DNA of 64,000 bases, taken from the NCBI GenBank assembly GCA_050950825.1, contig JBMNIH010000002.1, positions 256,001 to 320,000 on the forward strand. Direction: 5' to 3'. This DNA comes from Clostridia bacterium. GTDB taxonomy: Bacteria; Bacillota; Clostridia; JAAYHZ01. This document shows, in pieces, positions 18,171 through 26,795 of this stretch. A program made the position numbers and the translations under genes. Numbering within the stretch: the first letter of the stretch is position 1; each line of letters opens with the position of its first letter. The notes below the pieces were generated by a model, which saw nothing but the letters and a program-made list of their open reading frames with translations, made no database searches and was not told the DNA's origin.

Positions 18171-20204
18171 TTACCAATTCATATAATTCGGTTCTTCTTC
18201 CGCCGGTTGACTTGCCTTTGTCGAAAAAATCCGATTAATGGATTTTTTATCGTCCGTATTCTTAAAGGTATGCACAACTCCCGGTTCCAAATACATTATG
18301 GCCCTATCGCGGGCATAGTCGGCGAGAAAATAATCCTTTTTCGGTTTCGGATCGATTTGAGAAATTTTTCTTCCGTGAAGAGGAAGAATGATGACTTCGT
18401 CTTGCCAAGTAAATATGTATCCGGTGTCGTTCTCCTCCGTAGGATAATAGATTACCGTTTCTCCTTTTATCGTCATTCCGTTGATTTTATCCCCGTCTTT
18501 TAAAACCCAATTCCCGAAGCTATCCATATACACCCTGCCGTTTGGTCTGAATTTGGTCATTTGCAGAAGATTACCTAACTGTCGCTTTTGCTCGATCGAA
18601 AATTCGTTTCTATGGTCCGGATTTCCGTAAATGTAGCTTCCGTTCGGATACTTTGCAAAATCATGAAATTGCTTCAGATAATAAATGGAAGGAACGGCGT
18701 ACAAAGCGGCACTGATGTAATGGGCTTTTATCCACCGGGTGAACATCAAAGCACCGTCCGAATCAATAGGTAAATCGGGGCATCCTAAGCTTGCAATCCT
18801 TGCTCTCATCTCTTTTTCGATAACGCCACAGTGGGTATCGTGCAAGCGATTAAAGTCGATGACGTGCTCAAATCTCGGATCTCCCACTGTTGCGTTGATC
18901 AATACGTCCGGTTTTACCTTCTTCGCTTCTTCGTAAAACATTTCATAGAATAAAAGCAGTTCCCTCATCCCGATTCCTTTTTCCGGGTTTTCGTAAGAAC
19001 GGGTTACGGCAGGATCTCGTAAAAGCCCCAAAAAGTCCAACTTGATTCCGTCTGCGTTGTACTGACCTTCCTCGTCACCGAATAGAACCCGGACAACCTC
19101 TCGTATAAATTGCCTTGCATTGTTCGAGGTGTAGTCGATGGCATAACAGCCGGGGAAGCTTTTAAAGTAGGGCGACTTGTATTCATAATCCGTCAAAACA
19201 CCGAGTCTTTGTGTCCTTGTCGTAAAGCCGTTAGTTATTTTGTCAAACAAAGGCGTTTGCCAAAGGATAACGCGATGGCCTCTATCATGCAAGGAATCGA
19301 TGAGACCTCGAAAATCGGGGAATCGATTTTTATCCGCTATCGGTTCAAAGGCATGAGGCGGCTGCCACGAATCGTCGATGATTAAGTTGATGTTCTTCAT
19401 TCCCCACTCTTCTTCCGCAATTCGCACTTGCTCCAAAACCCATTTTTCATCGATGAATTGTCCGACTTTTCTTTCTAACATTTGGTCGCCATAGGTACAA
19501 ACAAACGGATTCTTCCACCAGTCGGGAAGCTCGGTGAACTTTCTTTTTTGAGGCTTGTACAGCCCGAATTCAAAAAGCTTATTCCGAAATACGGTAACGG
19601 CATCCCATTCGTCCTCGGGAAAGGTAATGAGGATACCGGGCATACGGTAGACACCGCCTTGGGGTATGACTTTATTACCGCCGCAGCTTTCCACCAAAAC
19701 GGAATGATCCTCGTCCATTTTGCATGTTTTTGAATCCGGAATGTCCAAAAGACCGAAGGATACCCAACCGTAAGGACTGCCGATGGAAAACGACAGCAGG
19801 CAAGGAGAAAAGTATCCGTTTTGAGAAATGTCCGGCAGCCGATGGTAATAGTCCATATTCTTACCGCCGTTGTTTCGAGGCTGCGGGCAAAAAGCTCGGT
19901 CAATGCCTTTCAAGTCGACGGTTCGGACTCCGTCGGTAAATATGCGGGCTTGAAAGATAGGCGTTTTTTCTTCGAATGTTTTTTCGTATCGAACGATTAT
20001 ACAGTCATCGTATAAATCGAAAGTCATGGTTTCGAAGTCCGATGAAAAACGTATGGTATTTTCATCGGTTGTTTGTCGGGTAAAACGAGAGAAAACCTTG
20101 TTCACCGAGGCCGAAGCCGGAAGGGACAAAAAATCCTTGCCGTTTCTCTTCAAAGTCAAGACATTGTCTTCGATAATGCAATCGTATTTTCCTTTCTTGA
20201 TCAT
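18171..20204 (-). CDS. Clan GH-D (GH36/GH31-like) TIM-barrel glycoside hydrolase
   Basis: IIDDSWQ, RFPD, GIKLDF (nucleophile) and RLHD (acid/base) motifs; RBS GGAGG before ATG 20204 (track start 20288). Confidence 0.7.
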   Translation of the reverse strand: MIKKGKYDCIIEDNVLTLKRNGKDFLSLPASASVNKVFSRFTRQTTDENTIRFSSDFETMTFDLYDDCIIVRYEKTFEEKTPIFQARIFTDGVRTVDLKGIDRAFCPQPRNNGGKNMDYYHRLPDISQNGYFSPCLLSFSIGSPYGWVSFGLLDIPDSKTCKMDEDHSVLVESCGGNKVIPQGGVYRMPGILITFPEDEWDAVTVFRNKLFEFGLYKPQKRKFTELPDWWKNPFVCTYGDQMLERKVGQFIDEKWVLEQVRIAEEEWGMKNINLIIDDSWQPPHAFEPIADKNRFPDFRGLIDSLHDRGHRVILWQTPLFDKITNGFTTRTQRLGVLTDYEYKSPYFKSFPGCYAIDYTSNNARQFIREVVRVLFGDEEGQYNADGIKLDFLGLLRDPAVTRSYENPEKGIGMRELLLFYEMFYEEAKKVKPDVLINATVGDPRFEHVIDFNRLHDTHCGVIEKEMRARIASLGCPDLPIDSDGALMFTRWIKAHYISAALYAVPSIYYLKQFHDFAKYPNGSYIYGNPDHRNEFSIEQKRQLGNLLQMTKFRPNGRVYMDSFGNWVLKDGDKINGMTIKGETVIYYPTEENDTGYIFTWQDEVIILPLHGRKISQIDPKPKKDYFLADYARDRAIMYLEPGVVHTFKNTDDKKSINRIFSTKASQPAEEEPNYMNW

Positions 20205-20221
20205 CACAACCTCCAATGTTT

Positions 20222-21358
20222 TTAGCCTTTTCTTCCGTGGATTCGATAGTAGTTCAAGCCCTCGATCAGCGTTTTTATATTCTCCCATTTCACTCCGGGT
20301 ACCAAGGAACTGGACAAACCCAATATGAGGCCGTTCTTAGGACCGTTTTCCACCAAGAATTTTAATTCTTTTTTCACATCCTCCGGTGTACCGAAGGGCA
20401 GGGTGACGGTTACCGAAACGCCTGCTTGAATCACCAATTCCTCTCCGTCTCTTGCTTTCATTTTACATAGCTTCACGTAATCGATACCGTCTTCGTATTG
20501 GAAGCCTTGGAATCCCTTAATGCCGCATTCCAAAAGATAGGGCACCATAGGCATAATGTTGCCGTCGCAATGCCAAATGACCGTTACCCCTGCATCGATA
20601 ACGGGACGGAAGCATTTTTCAAAATACGGAAACCATATTTTCTCCATGCTTTTGATATTCACCAAGGTCCCCCTGGAATCGGTCATATCGTGGTCCGCTC
20701 GATACAAAGGAGGAAGCTTGTATTGTTTATACATCTTGGCAACCGCCTTGTTTTTAAGATAAGCCAATTCGCTTTGCAATTTGAAATCCCGCTCTATGAT
20801 TTCGGGATACAGAGCATAGGCACAAAAATAGTTTACATACCCGTATGTACCGTATCGCATGTACGGGAAAGGACAGAACCCGTAACCGGTTCTCAGAATA
20901 TCCTCCCCGAACAACCGTTGAATCTCCGTTTCTCGTTGTATGACATCCCGGATATATTGCTCTTCGTCGAATTCTTGTATGGCTTTTTTCAAACCGGGGA
21001 AAATAAATTTCTCCATATGGGCGACAACATCCTCCGGAGATTCGATTTTCATGTTGCTCACGATAATTTCTTTTGCTCCGGTGGTTGCGCTTCTTCCTCC
21101 CTCGTATCCGTAATCGCCCATGGACAGGGGATTTTCCGGTATGAATTGGTCGATTATATCGACGTTCATATTTTTTTGGGCTTTCAAGTACACATGAACC
21201 GGGTCTTTCTCGTAGCTTCCCGGGAGTACTTTTGCAATTCTTTCAATGACGCTGTGCTGCATAATATGAAGCAAAGCAATGGGAATCATGGAGGAAGGTT
21301 TTCGCATGATAGTATCCATAACATGCCGTTTCTTTTCACAATAATACGAAAAATCCAT
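20222..21358 (-). CDS. Uroporphyrinogen decarboxylase / MtaA-CmuA-like family protein
   Basis: HD...RG, WHCDGNI, LP.GTPEDV and GLILG.SS motifs; RBS GGAGG before ATG 21358. Confidence 0.8.
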   Translation of the reverse strand: MDFSYYCEKKRHVMDTIMRKPSSMIPIALLHIMQHSVIERIAKVLPGSYEKDPVHVYLKAQKNMNVDIIDQFIPENPLSMGDYGYEGGRSATTGAKEIIVSNMKIESPEDVVAHMEKFIFPGLKKAIQEFDEEQYIRDVIQRETEIQRLFGEDILRTGYGFCPFPYMRYGTYGYVNYFCAYALYPEIIERDFKLQSELAYLKNKAVAKMYKQYKLPPLYRADHDMTDSRGTLVNIKSMEKIWFPYFEKCFRPVIDAGVTVIWHCDGNIMPMVPYLLECGIKGFQGFQYEDGIDYVKLCKMKARDGEELVIQAGVSVTVTLPFGTPEDVKKELKFLVENGPKNGLILGLSSSLVPGVKWENIKTLIEGLNYYRIHGRKG

Positions 21359-21424
21359 GGTATGTATCCTCCCGTTTTTACAGGATAGCAATATCGGCAT
21401 TTTCCAACCTTATTTCATCATATT

Positions 21425-22027
21425 TTATTCTTTCTCCTTCGTCAATGAGGACACGGAAGATTTGTAAGCAAAATACAACGCTTCCCAATCCTGAAGAAAA
21501 TACGGCAAAAGATTCGGCCTTCTTACAACGGCAAGAGGGTGGTAGGAAACAAATACGGAAAATCCTTTCGTGTTATGAACCTTTCCTCGAAAGCATTTTA
21601 CCGAGGCTTCCTTTTCTTCAAAAAAGCTTTGTACTGCCGTATCCCCTAAGCAAAATATATAATCGGGTTTTTGAAGCTCGAGCTGAAGGAAAAGATGCTT
21701 CATGCAATTATTTCTCGCCTCTTGTTTGTTATACTTTCTTCTCGGACGGCATTTTAGGATATATGTGACAAATAGGTCATCCGGTTTAAATCCGACTTTA
21801 TGCGCTGCATATTGGAGCATACGCCTTGTGCCGCAAACAAAAGGATTCCCTTCCTTATCTTCTCGCTCTCCCGGATTATCCAATAGAACCGTAATCGAAG
21901 CCTGCGGGTTTCCCTCTCCCCAAATCATTCTTTTTCTTTGTTTATATAATTCGCACCTTTGGCAATCCGTCATTTCCGAAGGTATGACGGCTTCCGGCCA
22001 AAGAAAAGAAGAAAATGTCGATTCCAT
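21425..22027 (-). CDS. Uracil-DNA glycosylase, family 4
   Basis: CQRCEL, GEGNP, PG..ED..G.PFV, KCRP, CLG and YHP motifs with Fe-S cysteines. Confidence 0.9.
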   Translation of the reverse strand: MESTFSSFLWPEAVIPSEMTDCQRCELYKQRKRMIWGEGNPQASITVLLDNPGEREDKEGNPFVCGTRRMLQYAAHKVGFKPDDLFVTYILKCRPRRKYNKQEARNNCMKHLFLQLELQKPDYIFCLGDTAVQSFFEEKEASVKCFRGKVHNTKGFSVFVSYHPLAVVRRPNLLPYFLQDWEALYFAYKSSVSSLTKEKE

Positions 22028-22191
22028 CTTATACACTCCGATTCACTGCAATTTTAAGGCATGGAAAAATTAAATTGTCTTTTTTTTTTATTATTTATTC
22101 CTCAATCTTTCTATGGGTAAAACCGATAGCGTTTTCTATCATAAAAATCTTATGCATAAATTACAAAAAACGCATGGAATAATATCGAAGC

Positions 22192-22693
22192 GATAGTGTC
22201 AACTTACTGTAGGGAAAAAATGAATAGATAACATCCTGAATTTTTGTTAGAGCAACACTTCTATGGGAATGCTGCTAATAGCAAGAATCCCTCATATCAT
22301 CTGCCGAAAGGAACAGACTCTTCACGTATTTATGGTTGTTGTCTACCAGATTATATCACATCAACACCGCCTTTTGTAAAAAGTTGGGTTTTCCCTACGA
22401 TCTTATCCACACAAGCCTCTTAACCATTTCAATTCATTGTATAAACAGGTTTTATACCCTTTCGCAAAAACCGTTAGTTTACTGTTCCATACGTTTTCAT
22501 AACCGCTTGATAATCTCCTCAATTCTTTTACCGGTATGTCTTTGTTCTTCTCGTTTTTTGACCGCCGCTTTTCTTAGCTTTTGTGCCATAACCAAGTCAT
22601 ATACCCTTCCGCCGTTCTTTGTATATATCAATAGCTTTGACATCTTTTCTACACCGATTTTAGACCATCCTCTAGGTCGTGTACTCAAACGAT
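22192..22693 (-). mobile_element. ISLre2 remnant (right end plus transposase 3' fragment), diverged copy of 5956-6456
   Basis: Same GATAGTGTCAACTTACTGTAGGG end; RLSTRPRGWSKIGVEKMSKLL; small frameshifting deletion; identity stops at about 22693. Confidence 0.9.
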
Positions 22694-23468
22694 GGGTATC
22701 GGAAAAACTTTTAAAGCCGTTTCCGCAACCTGTCCCGAAGCCGTCGGAGGTCATCGGTTTGAAAGAACCCTTTTGCTTTCCGATATTTCGTCAAAAGATT
22801 GCTACATAATCGATGTTTTTCGAACCGAAGAAGGTTCCGGCGGTAACCGGGATCGGTACGGCTGCATAATAAATATTCAAACGGACACCTCCATAAAAGA
22901 GCAATGGCATGTTACATGGGAAATTGACGATTCCTATTACCAAATGCATCATGGAGATTTGCCGGTTTATTTAGAATATACCGATGTCAGCGGTCCTTCC
23001 ACGGTCATTTTGTGTGAATCTTGGGTGGATTTATGGAGAGATAAAAAAGACAGCAAAGGAACCGACCGAATGGGAGATTGGATACCTATGTTAATTACAA
23101 GGAAAACCGGACCGGAAGGGCTAAGTTCCGTATGCGTAAGTGTCATCGAGCCATACGAAGGACGGACGAATATATTTTCCGTAAAAAGATATTCCGCGAC
23201 GGATTTTAACGGTACCGATTCGGAAAGCAACGTGGCAATAGTAATTTTATTGGAAAACGGTTTAAAAGTCTTTATCGTATTTACGGACCAAGAACCTGAG
23301 AATCGACAAGATGATCAAAATATTTTCGGGTTCCTCAATGGGATCACTATGAAAAACTTGAAGGTGAAGTGTTATCACTGAACGAATCTTTTTGAAGTAC
23401 ATATAAAGAACGGAAAAATCGATTGCATGGAAGGAAATCCGGAGATACCGGTGGAAATTTCATATTAA
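22694..23468 (+). pseudogene. 3' relic of a heparinase II/III-like gene (paralog of ~28612-29579)
   Basis: IGKTFKA.SA.CPEA.G..RFERTLLLSDIS and LCESWVDLWR shared with the intact copy; two internal deletions; nonsense TGA at 23379-23381; original stop at 23468. Confidence 0.88.
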
Positions 23469-23622
23469 AAGAAAAAACTCATTTCCCTTTTACTGTTTTG
23501 TTAGGTAAAATGATATAATAATAGCAACATATGGGTGATTAAGATTGCAGTATATGTACTAACGTTGCATTCAAGGCATGTTAACTGTTCCCCGATCCGT
23601 GATGCTTATATAATCTTTATTT

Positions 23623-24588
23623 TTGTATCCTTATAAAGAAAGGGTAACTAAAAGGAAAGAACAATCCGCTCTTCATAAAATAGACGCTATGTTGGGTCAA
23701 TACCATAAGTTTGATGTGTCTCTTACTCCCCTTGTACTGAAGGTTTATTTACCGATTATTCAATTCTCCGATATTCCGGTGAATACCTATCATAACGTAA
23801 GACACAATCACAGCAATTATGAATTGCAGTTTTTTGTTGAAGGGAACGATCTCGTAGAGATTAATAATTACGTTATTCCGATTTCCAATAACAGCCTTCT
23901 TCTCATTACCCCCGGCGAATACCACCGACAAAAAATGACCGAATGTTGCGCTTTAAAGTACTGTATACGTTTTGATTATATGATCACCGATAAAACGTTG
24001 AGTGTTCATGAGGTTCCATGGTGCACCGAAATCATAAAAATCCTCACGGAGTCGCCTTTTCTACATATTGAAAATTGCGATATGTTACTTCATTTCTTTA
24101 ACCAAATTCGTGAAGAGTCTCAAAAAAAAGGATTGTTTTATTTCGAAAGAATTCACGTACTTTTATCGGATCTTTTTATTTCAATTTTCCGATTGATTGC
24201 CGATAAGTTTCACGGACATCAATCCGATAACCGAGACATTGAAAAAGAAGATTTGGTTTTGGACCTGTTTTTTGAAGAGCTATATTCCATACCGACATTA
24301 ACGGCGGAAGATATGGCATTACATATCGGTATCAGCGTACGACATTTGAACCGCTTGTTAAAAAAGAACTATAACCTTACGTTCCGACAGAAGCTGACAG
24401 CAACACGAATCGAAGTCTCGAAAGGACTTTTAAAAAGCACGGACCTGTCTATCGAAGATATCTCCGAAAAAACCGGTTTTTCCTCCGTAGAGTATTTTTA
24501 TAAATGCTTCAAACATAACACCGGGATGACTCCAGGAGAATTCAAAAGAGAAAGCATAAAGAATTGTTTTCACGAATCTACTTTTTAA
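23623..24588 (+). CDS. AraC-family transcriptional regulator (cupin + HTH), start codon uncertain
   Basis: HNHSNYE cupin, ISVRHLNR and GFSSVEYFYKCFK...GMTP; paralog of 29811-30749. Confidence 0.88.
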   Translation: MYPYKERVTKRKEQSALHKIDAMLGQYHKFDVSLTPLVLKVYLPIIQFSDIPVNTYHNVRHNHSNYELQFFVEGNDLVEINNYVIPISNNSLLLITPGEYHRQKMTECCALKYCIRFDYMITDKTLSVHEVPWCTEIIKILTESPFLHIENCDMLLHFFNQIREESQKKGLFYFERIHVLLSDLFISIFRLIADKFHGHQSDNRDIEKEDLVLDLFFEELYSIPTLTAEDMALHIGISVRHLNRLLKKNYNLTFRQKLTATRIEVSKGLLKSTDLSIEDISEKTGFSSVEYFYKCFKHNTGMTPGEFKRESIKNCFHESTF

Positions 24589-24812
24589 ATTAATTCTCTC
24601 ATCCATCAATGTCGAATACCTATTTCCCTCATAGATTGCAATAAATCAATATAGCCAATATCAAAGTCCTTGCAAACCTTACACACCCCGTTAACTGCAA
24701 TTTTTAGACATGAAAATTTTAAATTGTCTAGTACTTCCATTATGTCCGGAAACCCTCCCCGCTAGTATGAAAATAGATGACTGTAACCGTATGAATTACA
24801 GGAGGTGCTAAA

Positions 24813-26633
24813 ATGAGAAAATGGTTGAGTGTCCTATTAGCTTTTCTTATACCGGTTTCCCTCATATCGTGTTCAAAAGCCGATAAAGATGTCGCTCAAA
24901 CAACGACAACCCAAACGGCCCAAGTAACGGAAGAAGAGCCGAATCCTTTCGAAGAATTCTACGAAATTACTTGGTTAACACAGTTGAATGCGGACTGGAA
25001 AGACGGAAGATGGGATGAATTGGAGTTAGAAGAAATGTTCAACATAGACCTGAAAGTATGGCCTATGGACTCCTACAATGACTATGAAAGCGTAGCAGCC
25101 CTTATTGCCGCGGGAGAAATTGCAGATTTCATGCGTATCCCCCGTGCGCCTATGGAACCTTGGCAAATGTACGAACAAAAATTAATTCGTTCCATTCCTC
25201 TGGAAATGTTCAAAAATTATTTGCCGGGCTACTATCGTCTGTTGGAAATGATGCCCATCGGATTCAAGTACAATTTGGTTGACGGTACAACCGACCAATA
25301 TTTAGGTATAACCAATATTGGCTTTGCGTCGGCACAATACTTTTACGATGCTACCGCCGTGAATTTGGATTGGTTGGAAGCCATCGGCTACAGCATACCG
25401 GAGGCGGATTTGAAACCGATTAAAATTCCTACGGAGGGTTATGAGAAGTGGAGCAATCAGCTTTTTGTAACGGACGGGAAATTCACCTTTGAAGAAATGA
25501 ACGATATGCTTAAGAAGTTTACCGAAAACGATCCTGACGGAAACGGACAAGACGATACCTTTGGTATGCTCTATCTCCCGGAAGCGGCGGACTCGAATAT
25601 GACCCAAGAAGGATTGTTCGGCTTCTGTCATGAGCCTAATTACCTGTACAAAGATCCGGTCACAGGAGATATTGTTCCGAGAGAAGCCTATACGCCCTAT
25701 CGTGATTACCTGCTTTGGATTTCGGAATCCTTGACCAAAGGTTACATCCAAAGACTTCCCGGAATTGAATCTTGGTATACCGAATACCAACAATTAACAC
25801 GAACCAATAAAATCGGAATTATTCAAATCCATAGGGACGGCTATCTTTACCCCACGAATTCGACCTATGCAAACCTTCCTCCTCAAAGCATTTTACTGGA
25901 TACGGATCCTACCGCTCGTTTTGTTATCGGGCCCATGTTCTACGGACCGTACGGTACGAAAAACGGTATGGCCTACAGCATTGACACCTTCGGTACCGGT
26001 GCCGCCCGCGTTGAGATGATCGGCGGACAAGTAGACGACGGAAAACTGGAAAGAATACTTCGAATGCTGCAGTACATCATTTACACAAGTGAAGACATAT
26101 TCTATCGTTATCATTTGGGTATCGAAGGCATTCATTGGAAATGGGCCGGAGAACCTTATCAAAGTGCAAAAATTATTGTTCCTCAAGAAGATCTTCCCGA
26201 ACAATACAGAGGAAACACAAAAGTGTTTACATGCTGGCTAATGCAGTGGCCTACAGCGGAAGCTGACGCATATAACGCGTTAACCCACGGTTATTGGTCC
26301 ATGCCCGCATTTATGTATGCCTATGATCTGTATGAAAAGTATGCTTTAAAACCTGCAAAATACATATCGGAAGTATACATGGGAAAAGACTTGTATATGC
26401 AATACAGAGAAATCCGCGACAAGGTCAGCGACCAAATGGCAGTGGTAGCGGCGGATTTTAAGCAACGTGCATTAACCGGCCAAATTACGGATATACGAAG
26501 CGAATGGTCACAATATATTGACCAATTATATGCCGCAGGCCTTCAAGAACTGGTGGATAAGATCTTTAACAATCCGGCTTACGAGCCCTATGACCCGGGC
26601 GATAAGTTTAAAATCAAGGGACCGTTGTATTAG
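24813..26633 (+). CDS. Extracellular solute-binding lipoprotein, paralog 3
   Basis: Lipobox LISC, NPFEEFYEITW, FTENDPDGNGQDDTFG; RBS GGAGGTG. Confidence 0.85.
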   Translation: MRKWLSVLLAFLIPVSLISCSKADKDVAQTTTTQTAQVTEEEPNPFEEFYEITWLTQLNADWKDGRWDELELEEMFNIDLKVWPMDSYNDYESVAALIAAGEIADFMRIPRAPMEPWQMYEQKLIRSIPLEMFKNYLPGYYRLLEMMPIGFKYNLVDGTTDQYLGITNIGFASAQYFYDATAVNLDWLEAIGYSIPEADLKPIKIPTEGYEKWSNQLFVTDGKFTFEEMNDMLKKFTENDPDGNGQDDTFGMLYLPEAADSNMTQEGLFGFCHEPNYLYKDPVTGDIVPREAYTPYRDYLLWISESLTKGYIQRLPGIESWYTEYQQLTRTNKIGIIQIHRDGYLYPTNSTYANLPPQSILLDTDPTARFVIGPMFYGPYGTKNGMAYSIDTFGTGAARVEMIGGQVDDGKLERILRMLQYIIYTSEDIFYRYHLGIEGIHWKWAGEPYQSAKIIVPQEDLPEQYRGNTKVFTCWLMQWPTAEADAYNALTHGYWSMPAFMYAYDLYEKYALKPAKYISEVYMGKDLYMQYREIRDKVSDQMAVVAADFKQRALTGQITDIRSEWSQYIDQLYAAGLQELVDKIFNNPAYEPYDPGDKFKIKGPLY

Positions 26634-26795
26634 TCCGTTTTGTATGGGAGCAGTCATATTATTCGGCTGCTCCTGTTCCATCCAATATTCTTCAGTCTAC
26701 GGTAGCGACTGTTGTGGAATCAATCTGTGGTCTTGTATAATTAATTTAAGTCTGACGGAGGTATGCCGTGGAGGCTTGTTCTGCGGCGAGATAAT

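Noticed and set aside
20498-21388. 296-aa plus-strand ORF and the many other antisense ORFs in the track
   Set aside because: They shadow well-supported genes on the opposite strand and show no motifs or RBS.
22094-22107. TTTATTCCTCAATC match to the ISLre2 left-end region (7696-7709)
   Set aside because: Short and AT-rich, and it lacks the terminal IR; likely chance.
22694-23468. Lyase relic as a DGR template repeat for 28612-29579
   Set aside because: Differences are not adenine-specific, include indels, and no reverse transcriptase is present.
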